A stretch of DNA of 64,000 nt from Lophium mytilinum (lineage: Eukaryota), in the NCBI GenBank assembly GCA_010093605.1, contig MU004188.1, positions 933,673 through 997,672 on the forward strand, written 5' to 3'. The notes under the pieces were generated by a model. It made no database searches. It saw only the letters and a program-made list of their open reading frames with translations, and was not told the origin of the DNA. A program made the translations under genes and the position numbers. Shown in pieces: positions 27,512-38,665 of this stretch. Numbering within the stretch: the first letter of the stretch is position 1; each line of letters starts with the position of its first letter.

Positions 27512-29148
27512 CTACAGAAAACGCGCTGCCTGCGCCGCCGGCACAGCAATCCCCCGATACCCTCTCCGCGCGCTTACCGCCCACCACAGCGCCACTACGA
27601 GCGTCAGACCCCCCCAAATCAGACACGAATAATTCATCGACGCCGCAGCCACCGGCCTACTATACGGAGCGCAGTAAACCACACATGTCGTCGCCAAAAC
27701 CCCACACGCGAGACCGTTCAGCAGAAAACCCCAGCCCACCGCGCAGACGAAAAGACGCTGTATTCAATCCCCCGTCTCCTGCGCAGTAAGAGTGGGAGCA
27801 GAGCTGCGAGGTAGGAGGACGAGGAAAGGAGCACGAAGCTGCCGACGAAGGCGTTGAAAGCCGTGCTGCTGCCGACGTAGATGCAGCCCAGGGCCGTCAC
27901 GACGCCGCAGCAGGTGAGCGTCGCATTGACGGGGAGCCCGAGGGGGGTGTTGATAAGGCTGAGGAAGGCGGGGAGGGGGATCGCGCCGTCGCGGGATAGG
28001 GCCCATAGCGCGCGGCCGCAGGTCATGTACAGCGCGATGACGCAGATGAAGGTGGGGGGGAGGAGCAGGAAGAGGAGGCCGGTGGTGCCGGCGGTGCTGT
28101 GGGTGGCCTGGGAGTAGATCTCGGCGATTGGGAAGGGGGAGGCGAGGAGGGCGGAGGAGTCGTTGATGGCGTAGAGGATTGTGATGAGGTAGGCGAGTCC
28201 GGAGACGAAGCCGGTGAGGTATTGTAGGGCTATTGCTTTGGGCAGGTTTGTGGATGGCGAGGGGGTCTCTTCCGCGAGGTGGCTTGTGGAGTCGGGCGTG
28301 CCCATGGCGTAGGAGCCGTTTAGCATGCCGGCGATGAAGACGAAGCCGTTCGGATAGCCAGTGTCTGCGGTCCAGGAGGTCCAGACTGTGGCGTTGCTAG
28401 CATGGCCTGATCGTCCAGGTTGAGAAGGACAGACGGCGCAGATTATGATGGTGATGAATACGCCGCAGACGGTGATGAAAATGCCAATTTGGTTCAGTAA
28501 GGGCATGTATCTGTTAAACAGACACACGAATGAGCAGGCGATCCAGGTGACGAGGAGATAAGTCACGAAGACGTGCCAGGGCTGTACCGAGAACGAAGGA
28601 TGGGAGAAGGCGTACATCTGAACGATGAGATTGCCTCCAGTGGGTTAGCACAACGAACGACTTGCAGGCTTCGAATACTTACCACATATAGCACTCATCG
28701 AAGCTGCTGCGAGAGTCCAGGCAAGTGTATTCCACCAGCCAGCGAAGAAGCCAATAGCACGGCCATACCTCTTCCCCGGAGTCACTGATGCCCAAAGATA
28801 TGGTCCGGCGGAAGATGGCATCGCCGATGCAAGCTCTGCCAGAGAAGCGGCAACTGTGAAGTAGAAGAATGAGGCCACAAGAAATTCGTAGAGAACACCA
28901 GGAGGACCACCGTTGTAGATGGCGGTGAGAATGGATCCCCCCAAAGCAGGCCATACATTGCCGACCAGAATTCCAGTACCAGTAAGTGACCATAGACTGA
29001 AGCCCCTTTCCACTTTCTGGACATGGCCTGTTTCGTTTACGACCTGGCCTTGGATAGTCGAGGCTTCGTCTCGAAGATCGGATAGTTCTTCCTTCTTTGG
29101 AGAGGCCTCCAAGTCAGGCGTTGCGAGTTGGGTCACTGCGTGACGCAT
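27512..29148 (-). pseudogene. APC-family amino acid/choline/polyamine permease (Hnm1/Uga4-like), frameshifted
   Basis: GGPPG, SLAELASAMPSSAGPY, D..SHLAEE, AFNAF, MNY motifs; one intron ~28638-28683. The last two TM helices lie in another frame after ~27745 with no room for an intron. Confidence 0.8.
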
Positions 29149-29833
29149 GCTTTAGGTATGAAAGCCTCAGTGCGATTTTGGAGGAACGGACTCAATGAAT
29201 TTCTGGGGTACTTTGAAGGCACACTCCATGAACCCGTACTAGCCAATTTATATACGAGGGACTTCCTCACTGCTCGTACGTTTGTTCGGGCCATAACTAA
29301 TACGGCTCCAGTTGAGTGGTTCAAACAGTTGTCTAGTATACTGTAACCGCACGTCAATGGCCTATCACAGTTGCAAGCCTGGTAGCAATCGGAAGGACAA
29401 TTCCGAGCGGCGAAGAGATTTGAAAGATCATGCTAATATAGCGAGGTGTCCACGTAGGATCGGGAAATGCTAGGACTCTGGAGCTTATAATGGGCCAGCG
29501 CTAAGCCCAGAGGGGAAAGAATACTCGCCGCTAGCCTCACCCTTATGTAGCTTCGATCAGCCTGAAAGATATCGTGCACTTCTGCAGTTCCGGCTCCAGT
29601 AAAATATGTCTAGTTCGGGAAACAGTAGCCTACTACCGTAGATGCGACAATCAGCACTTGACCCGCGTTCTCCTAAGCAATTTGCTCACCTGTACGGTAC
29701 CGACTAAGAGCAGAATGAGAAAGATAGTCGTCCTCGGAAGTTAAGCCCTGCACTCTAAGATACAAATACATCGTGTTTCTAGGAGTGCATTGAAACAGAA
29801 GAGAACATGTCTTTTGCCCCAACACTTTCCGAC

Positions 29834-31159
29834 ATGTGTACCATATCCCTTCTGGCTCTTACAGCTTGTACCCTTCTCCCTTATACCCTCGCTGCTCCTG
29901 CTCACGACAACTACCAGAAGAGTCTCGAAGCACCGAACAAGAACCCCGACGATGCCTTCGATCTTGAACCTACGGCCAACTTCGCCTTCGCAGGCATCAC
30001 GACCTTCGCCCAACTCCCGCAATCACAGTGCGTGACGGAGAGCGGACCTGTTGACGACATTCTGGTCCTTGGGTTTCCCTTTGATACCGCAACTTCATAT
30101 CGGACGGGTACGCGGTTTGGCCCTAACACTATTCGCCAGGGCTCGCGTGCTGCTTCTCTTGCGTCAGTGTCGTTCAGAGCCTTGGATGCTTGTGAACTGA
30201 CTATAGCTGCAGCGGTCACTACAACCATCGCCAATCCATCAATCCGTTCGTCCAGAACATTTCAGTCGTCGATTGTGGCGATCTCCCTATCTCGCCATTC
30301 GATAACAGCCTAGCTTTTGCTCGAATGGAAGAATGGTTCAAGCGTCTTCTATGGCGCGAGGTCAAGTCCGCCGACGGGCGAGGAGTAAAGTCTCTCAAGG
30401 TTCGTCGTACTCGTGGCAAGCTCTAGAAAGAAGATAGCTGACATCTCCAAGATTGGCAGAGTTCATCCTCAAATTGTATCTCTCGGGGGCGACCACAGCA
30501 TCTCGCTCCCGATTCTCCGTGCTCTCAACACGGTTTACGGCAAAGTGTCTGCCATTCACATTGACGCTCATATCGATACTTGGTCCCCAAAGGTCTTCGC
30601 TGGTGCAGAAGCTGAAAGCAAGCAGGCAGAATTTGCGGACGGAACTCCATACTATTGGGCGGGAATGGAAGGCCTCTTGACATCGAAGAATGTCCACGCT
30701 GGCATCAGAAGCAGTCTGGACTCGGATCGGAAAATGACTTGGAGCTCGACGCTGAGATGGGCTTCACCATCATTCCAGCTTCCGATATGCTCAAACGAGA
30801 TGGTGTTTGGGCCATCACTGATAAAATCCGTGCGGTTGTCCCGCACGACGAGCCCGTCTACGTGTCGCTGGACGTAGACAGTTTGGATCCCGCCTTTGCT
30901 CCAGGCACCGCCGGCCCTGCATCCGGGGGCTGGACCCCAAGAGAGATCATCCAAATTATTATCGACGGACTCAAAGGCTTGAATATCGTTGGAGTTGATG
31001 TTGTCGAGGTTCTCCCGAGCTATGATAATGCAGAGATTACTGGCATAGCTGCTGCGGAGTTCACAATCGAGGTAAGTTGACCTGCGAAGCCTGTCCTCAG
31101 ACTTAGCTAATCCCGGGAAGTTGATAACTAGGCTCGTGAGGAACAGGCTTGAATCTTGA
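29834..31159 (+). pseudogene. Secreted agmatinase/ureohydrolase (arginase superfamily), frameshifted
   Basis: Signal-peptide-like N-terminus; FAGITTFAQLP, GFPFDTATSYRTGTRFGP, GGDHS, HIDAHID, SLDVDSLDPAFAPGT, DVVEV; three introns; a 5-bp duplication at 30722-30731 breaks the frame. Confidence 0.88.
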
Positions 31160-31445
31160 GTGCAACGCGAGGTAGCCATCGCGGAATGACGAGACTAAAG
31201 CATAAAGCTAGCCCCATTTCATTCCAAAGGTTACCCAACAGGGTACAATGGCTTTTTGACAATTTTCCCTTGTTCGCTTCGACATCTTAGAGGCAGTGAG
31301 CGCTGCATTAATACATCGAAGTACTAAACACGCGTCAAACATTGTCGCGGAGCAAAAATCTTCAATTTCGTTCAGACCTGAAAGAGTCCGCCAACACATG
31401 ATCCTCTTAAGATGTGTATCCGTGAACGTGATAATGACAGAGTTC

Positions 31446-33232
31446 TCAGTACGGGAGAACGTCAAAATATTCATCTGTAATCTTAGCCTGGAACGTTCGA
31501 GAGGAAGAAATCACACGTACCTTGCAACGCCTCGGAGACTCTAAGTACCGTTGCATTTGAAGCTGCATCTTGCCGTTTCCACGCTCTCTCTAGTATCTCT
31601 TTGGAGGCGATAACATTACCCATTCCAAAATTGATCCACAAGACTTTCAACAAGCGGCGAACCTCCTCTCGATCAACTACGTCCGAACACAAGCAGCCTG
31701 CCACGAAGAGCGGAGGAAGTGCTGCAACTCCTGGGCATAGGCTTGCGCAGTAAGTCATCGAGGAGAGACATGCTAATATCCTTTGCTTGCTGCCTTCAAT
31801 AATGCCATAGGGAACGGAAAGAGAGCCCTGACGGTAGATCTGAAGTATTGCCATATGATGGTAGGCCTCATCCAGCAGAAACAAATCATCGCGGATGCAT
31901 TTTGCTAAGTTGCTGTAACTGAAACCGCTAGGAGGTGCTCTTTTTACCAATAACCTTCGTACTCGGTCAAATAGCAGATGACTCTCATGTTCAAGCGGTG
32001 AGCTGTAGTCGAAATGTGGAGAACCTGGTGCTTCTTCGCATACGAAATGTGGGTCATAGGTGTCCAGCGTTTTATCTAAAGCACTGATGCCCTGGAAAAT
32101 GGGCAGTAAATCTCTTGAGTATCCCGCAAGGTCGTCAATCTTTGCTTGTTCGTCGCCTGTACCAACAGTAAGAAAGGATCGGTCCAAGGGCGTCTTGCCG
32201 CAGGCCAGAGCAATGACTTTCAGAGCCTGATACTTTCTCGCAAGGAGCAAGACTGTTGCAGAGTTGGAGGGGTGATTGCCGTGTTGGTGCATTCTTTCAA
32301 TGAGAGCTGAAGCTCCTTGAAGATGCGTTCTCCAAGATGCCTTCCCATCGTTAGGCAGGGTAATTTCAGTCATGCATAAAATGATAGTTGTAGCGAGCAT
32401 CGACTCGTAATCGACCAAAGTCGAAGACTTCAAAGCAATGCCTAGTAATCTGAGGCTGCTGCTTCACATAGTCTCCAGCCGTCCGTCTCCCGAATCAAGA
32501 CCTATAGACTGGTGGTGTGCAGCAGCAAGGGTGAGCACCGCAGAGAGGAGATGGGAAACATTCAGAGCCATCGGCACGAATGTAGAACAGAGCCTTTCTT
32601 GTATGCCTTGATGACAAGGTGTTGACTTTGTCATCCTATGCACGAAATAGTCAAGGAGAGGTCGCAGGTGAGGCAGAACTGTTGGCGTCATGCTGAGGAT
32701 ACGAGTCGTTGCAGTGACATCGAAGAGGGAGGTCACTTCCTCGGTTGCATCTTCTTCGACTACCTCAGACACCTCGCCTATGCCTGCATCACATTCATCG
32801 AGTTGCTGGACGCTACTGGGAACAGAGACGTCCACTATCCTTGCTACAGCAGCGGTGGGGCTGGCTTCCAATCGCACGTTGACAGGTGCGGACTGAGAAA
32901 GAGTTCCATAGACAAAGCCGACTGGCGTTAAAGTATCTGTGAACAGTGAGCATTCCGGCCATGATGCTTCGAAGCCATGTATACTCACTTCCCGAACTTG
33001 ACGCGTTAATTGCTGTGGCCCCGGTGGCAAGACATTTCCCAAACCGCGATTTACTGAAAGACCGTCCGCCCCAGTAGAGTTGCTGTGTATAGACGCAAGG
33101 TTGTCTCACGTCGGCGCAATAGGCACAAGCTGGTTTGGCTTCGTCGCACTTGCGATGTCTCTTTCGGCACGCTTGACAGCCTTTGCGGGACCGTCGGGTT
33201 TCGTGTGTGGCTTGACTTCTTGTTTCTGGCAT
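31446..33232 (-). pseudogene. Zn(II)2Cys6 transcription factor with fungal-specific TF domain, premature stop
   Basis: RSRKGCQACRKRHRKCDEAKPACAYC...C; C-terminal W.THLQGA and LPPLFVAGC; in-frame TGA at 32464-32466; last exon DEYFDVLPY*. Confidence 0.82.
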
Positions 33233-33763
33233 AGTCTAGAATTGGCTTGCATTGCAGGAAAAGTGTGAGCTGTTCGGGAGTCAGGGGCGATGTGGGTGGA
33301 GTTGCGAGAATCGATGAGCAGGGTGCATCTTCCTCAACTAGGGGCGGATGCAATACGTAAAAGAGAAATTGGACTTTCATCCATTTGACGACGATGATAA
33401 TTGAAGCATGATCTTGTACTGGATACGTAGGCTATTCCATCGATGCGAGTCAGGAAGCTAACTGATCAGATAGGATACTCATTCCCCTTTAGGTTTAGAT
33501 CCCCAGCCCATCTTTCAAAGTTACACACTCATCCGCTTCGTTGTACCTCACTCATGTCAACATGTCGCCTATGTGCTGGAGTCGTTTCGAGATGTGGGGT
33601 TCTCTAACAGCTGATCATGGACCTGTACAAAGGCTCAATGGGACGACTTGCCTCTCGAGTCGAAAATCTAGGAAGTGCTGTTGTTTCTGTTTTTTCTCGC
33701 ACACTGTTCTCTCTTCCATTTCCCCACGTATCGATTTCACAGCAACCATTGTGATAAATTAAC

Positions 33764-35326
33764 ATGGCATCACCGTCTATCAATGAACGCACTTCTCTCT
33801 TCCCAGTGTCCCAGAGCTCTTCAAAAGTCTACTTAGTATGTAGCCCTTTACTACAAGAGCTGCAAATCATTACCAAGAAAACAATACCGATCTGTATCTC
33901 TTTTGCGCTCCAAAACCTAGTGCAGGCATGTAGCGTTGTCATTGCAGGAACATTTGGCCCATCTCCAATGGCAATTGCCTCCTACGGTTTCATGTTCTTC
34001 TCCTGTACCGGCACCATGGTGGCGATCGGAGGCGCCACTGCTCTCGACACCCTCTGCGGTCAAGCTCTCACATCGACGAACAACCCAACCATCCTCGGTC
34101 TATTCCTTCAGCAATGCATCGTAATCCTGCTGCTCATCTTTGGGCTCCTCATCACTCCAATCTGGTTGCTCTCCGGCCGGCTCTTCATCGCACTCGGCCA
34201 GGAGTAGCAGTTCGCCCTCGAAACCGGCCGATTCATGTGCATAATGCTGCCCGCCGGCGTCCTCCAAGTACTCAGCGAATGTCTAAAGAAGTTCCTCCAG
34301 GTCCAAGGCGCAAGCAGTCGAGTTGGCTTTGTTACGTTTGGGACGAGTGCAGCCGGCATTCTGACCAGCTTTGCGTTGGTTAGATGGACAAGGCTGGGTC
34401 TGTCGGCCATCCCGCTTGCATTCTCCATATACCAGCTGTCAACGGCCATGTTGCTGCTTTATACCATCTACGCCACGCCTACTTCCAGGGAGAGTTTTCG
34501 TGTGTCAACAACAGGAGTGCTTGGGAGTCTACCCCGAGTGCTGGGATACGCGTGCACCGGCATTTTGACAATTGCAACGGAATGATGGAGGCAAGGGCGC
34601 TCCAAAACAGCCCTATCTGCTACTGCTGACATTCTCCAGCTTCGAGATACTCGCCATGATGGCAGCACGCCTCGACAACGACTCCATCGGAGCCCAAAGC
34701 GTACGTCCCGACGAACCCAGCATCTCCCCATCACCCGAGACAAGAAAAAGTAAAGGAAGAAGAAGAAGAAGCTTACCACCCTCCAGATCCTAAAGTCCTC
34801 CTCCCTCCTCCTCACCACCATCTCTCTTGGCCTCAGCGTCGCCGCCAGCCACCGCATCGCCAACTTCCTCGGTGCCAACCGCGGCTCCCTCGCCCCCACC
34901 GCCATCACCGCCTCCTACCTCCTCGCCTTCCTAACCGGCGCTATCGAATTCGCAGTGATCATGCTCGCGCGCCGCCACTACGGCTACCCCTTCACCCGCT
35001 CTCCCTCCGTCGCGACCAAGACCGCCCGCGTCCTGCCGCTAATGGCCGCCTTCCAGGTCCTCGATCTCTCGAATGGCGCTGCGGGCGGCGTGCTCCGCGG
35101 CGCTGGCAAGAACCACCTCTCGGGCGCGTGTAACTTTGTGGCGTACTACGGCGTGGGCCTGACGACGGGGTATCTTTTCTGGTTTCAGAGGGGCTGGGGG
35201 CTGTTTGGGTTGTGGGCGGGGATTATCGCGGGTAGTGGCGCGCTGTTGTTGCTGCAAACTGCTTGTATCATGAGGATTTCTTGGGATGAGCTGGGGAGGG
35301 AGGTTTCTAAGCGGCATCAGCCGTAG
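33764..35326 (+). pseudogene. MATE-family efflux transporter with two premature stops
   Basis: GGATALDTLCGQA, LKKFLQVQG, ATE(W)WSFEIL, RIANFLGA, GGVLRGAGK, YYGVGL, GLFGLWAG; in-frame TAG 34205-34207 and TGA 34583-34585. Confidence 0.88.
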
Positions 35327-35880
35327 CTGGTGGAAGTTCGGGACTGCTCTTGGTCTTCATGTTAGAACGTACGCCTGCGGCTCAGGGTGGAGGCTTTCGG
35401 TTTACCCGTAACACGAGAACACGTGATTTGAAGCATACATTACGGTCGTTACAAGTCGTCTTAGAAAAATTAATCTGAGATCTGGGAGGGCCGTAAGCCT
35501 TCCTTTCCCAAGATTATACGCTAATAGGGAGCGAGGGATGGGATAGAGTACGGGCGAATAGATGTATGACTTCCAAATTTGAAGTATGTAAATATATCAT
35601 TACTGGCAGCATCTAAGCGTTCGAGTCATCTAGCTCTGAACCTATCTCAGTCCTCCCGCCAATCCTAATTATCCACCACGCACCAGCTCCAGAAGATTCC
35701 TGACCTTCGAAAATTCCAACTCCAGCCTGGGGTATTGGTATTGGCGGCGGCGGCGGCGGCTCGTTCTTCATCCAGCCTGTCACTCTCACTCTAAAATAGA
35801 AAAGAAGAATAGCTTGCGTCCCCGATTGCATGCCAATGCTACGCGAGAGAAGAAAATATGGCGTTTGTCGGCCATTAAGA

Positions 35881-37029
35881 TCATGAGGCTTGGATCACAG
35901 AAGGGCTGGGCTGGTTAGTCAAAAACTTTCTTGGGGAGGAGGGAGCAAGGGAAAGGATGCTCACCCAGCCAAGACAGCCTCATCAGCAATCGATTTTGCG
36001 TTCGTAACCATCATGTATGTTTCTCCACCCAGGCCTTGTGGTACAGGGCATGCACCGTTTGTGAGGTCAGTGAACTGCGTGCCGGTTCTGGGAGAATGTT
36101 TAGCATTTTGACTCCGTGTAAAGCGACTAAGGGCAACTTACGGGCCAACAAATGCGCAATTAGTTGCGCCAGCAGGCTGGGCGGCGTCGGCGAGCGCCAA
36201 GTTCTGCCCAGCGACGGCATTCATGGGGTTCTGGAGGGCGATTGAAGGGAAGGCTTGGATGGCAAGGTTGGAGCCGGCAGGACAGGAGGTGATAAACTGC
36301 GCGGCGAGCGTAAAAACTGCGCGTGGGCCGAGAGGAGTGTCGAAGGCAGCGGGTATGGGGTTAGCGCTAGAGGCAACACGGATGAAGGTCTGATGGCGGG
36401 CTTCGACAGTTGCGATAGTAGCTGCGACGCCGAGGATGGCAGAGGAGTTGATGAGAGGGGCGGCTCCGAGGTAGCTGTCAGGTAACGTTAGTCAGATTTC
36501 ATATTTGGATATCGTGGCTGCGACTCACGCAGAAACACCGACGGCCTCCAGAATGCGCGCAGTGGCTACCATTCCGGCGGCGTCGGTAAAGCCGAAGTTG
36601 TACACGCAAGGCTGGACAGGCTCGAATCCAGCGCCTGCGATTGCGGAAAGCAGTGTCGAGACGTGCGTAGCTTCTGATTGTCCAACTGCGAGGAGGGATT
36701 TTATGTTGGCGTCATTCAGTCCAAGAGCCTGGAAATCGCTGGCTGGAAACTTGGCAAAGCCCTGGCGGTAGAATGTCGCTTCAAGATGCTCGGCAGTCAA
36801 GGCACTGATGGCGGTAAGCAATAAGTTCCACAGTATGTATGGGCTCGTGAACTTACAATTGAAGAATGTCGACATCATTCAAGCCCTGAGAAGCCGCTTG
36901 TCGTACATCCAGGCGTGCTCTCGGGTATGGCTTCAACACTGTCCCAGGCTTTGGTATAGGCGCGGGTAGGGCGCTGACAACGGGACCCAAGACGAAGAGA
37001 TACTTGAGAATCTTGCGTAGGCTAGGCAT
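35881..37029 (-). CDS. Secreted ferritin-like (Rds1-type) stress protein
   Basis: Signal peptide, DVDILQ|FALTAEHLEATFY, EATHV, LEAVGVSA|YLGAA, VEARHQ, AFDTPL; four GT-AG introns give an intact frame ending PSVIQAS*. Confidence 0.85.
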
Positions 37030-38665
37030 GTTGGAAGATTAAGATGAACTTTTCTTGTCTTGCTGTTTTATTGAATGAATGAATGCTAGCAAAAGCTCGT
37101 AGTATGAAATTCGAAGAGTCTAAAGTCCAACCAGGGACAGGACAAGAATTGAAAGAAAGGAACGTGGGTAGGATATTACGAGTGAAGGACGAAATGGGTG
37201 AACGTGATGTCTCTGCCAGCAATGATGCACCAAAAACGCTAGGAGAAACCAAGTGGGCGGCCGCATCTACCTTATAATCGGATATGCGACTCTCTTGGCT
37301 ACATCTGAGACGCCATGTCAAATCCCGAGGACCTGCGTGCAACGGGATAAGACTGCCCAGGGCCGGCGGGTGCAGTCCCCGTTCTACGCTGCCGCATTGG
37401 GGGATTTCCAAGCTCCCGTGCTTGGCAAAACAAGACTTGCAGGGCAGCGAACTGTCTGGAGGGGTGGTGGAGGACCCTGACTTGGTGCGAGGTTGGTGAT
37501 AGCTGAGGTGCTGGACTCGCTCAGTGCAGGCGTTGTGTCAGGTTGGGGTGTTGAGACGTGAAGCGTGCGCCATGAAACCCGTACAGCATCACCACCACTG
37601 CTCGGAGACCGCAGAGCCGCCCGCATTGCTAGCACCTTAATAAGAAAACGGCCGGCTGGCTTCATTTCCAGCAGTGGCGGCAGCGCGCCCTCCCGGCCGC
37701 ATCTTGAGGTGCCGCCTACGTGAAGCTCTGGTGGTGCTGATCGTGAGCAGGCGTTTCTGCATGCGAGCGCTGGAAAAGACGACGATTGCGCTTCGTGATT
37801 ATTGCGATGACCTTCGGACCCTCTGAAGATATGAATAGACAAACCTATGACAAGGTGCAGCTGCTCTCTCGCGCTGCTCGCGGACAGAGGCTCCAGGCCA
37901 ATACTCTGGTGTTGGTGGATGCGGAGTGCGGCCTCGGGGCGGTTGCAAGGAGGCCCATCCATCATGGAACGCGCCAAGCCCCTCTAAACACAGTCTATCT
38001 CCCTTAAGCTCTCCCAGATGTGCGTTACGCCCACAGGGGGTAAGCCGAGACAGGGGCTAGGCATTGCTGGCGGTCGCACTGCTCGCGGCCTCGAAACCTC
38101 GATCCAAGCAGGCTGCTCGGATCTTCACTCGCCGCCAGGCGGTTAAAACACGTTGATATGCACTATCGGATCGCGGCAGCACGAGTGCGCAAGCTTATAT
38201 TCAATTTGGAATGGTGCTATGGTTATACTAACAACAAGAACTGGGACTCTAACGGGGGCTTTCCACTCCTACATATTAATATCTCGTCGTCTGTCCGACC
38301 GATTAAACCTGTTGCCCTGATCTCTCCATCGAGGGCCTCTCTCGCCCGTAAACCATCGTCAATATGTCGCTATCCACTATCCTCCATACTTTTCCTCCGT
38401 CTAAATCCCCATGCTGTCCTCCTCGCGCGAACTCCAATCTTCCATGCCTCAAAAGAGTAATGCGAATGATTGGTGCAGTAAAGAATGTGGGTGGTTGCTG
38501 TTTGACGGCACTTCCAAGCTCGAGCATGCGCATTTGCTGCACAAGTCGGCACGGAAGATGCGCTGACTTTTCATCGATCGGCCCGAATGAGTGGAGGGTC
38601 GATTCGTCGCTGCGGAGGGACAATGTCCCTCTAGTAAAGTTGAAATGAAGCAGTCGGTTGATCGC

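Noticed and set aside
32464..34585. Stop-codon reassignment or RIP as the cause of the in-frame stops
   Set aside because: TGA and TAG terminate neighbouring genes normally, frameshifts co-occur, and only one of three stops fits CpA->TpA.
35881..37029. Rds1-like gene as a fifth pseudogene of the decaying cluster
   Set aside because: All apparent stops fall inside canonical introns; the spliced frame is intact.
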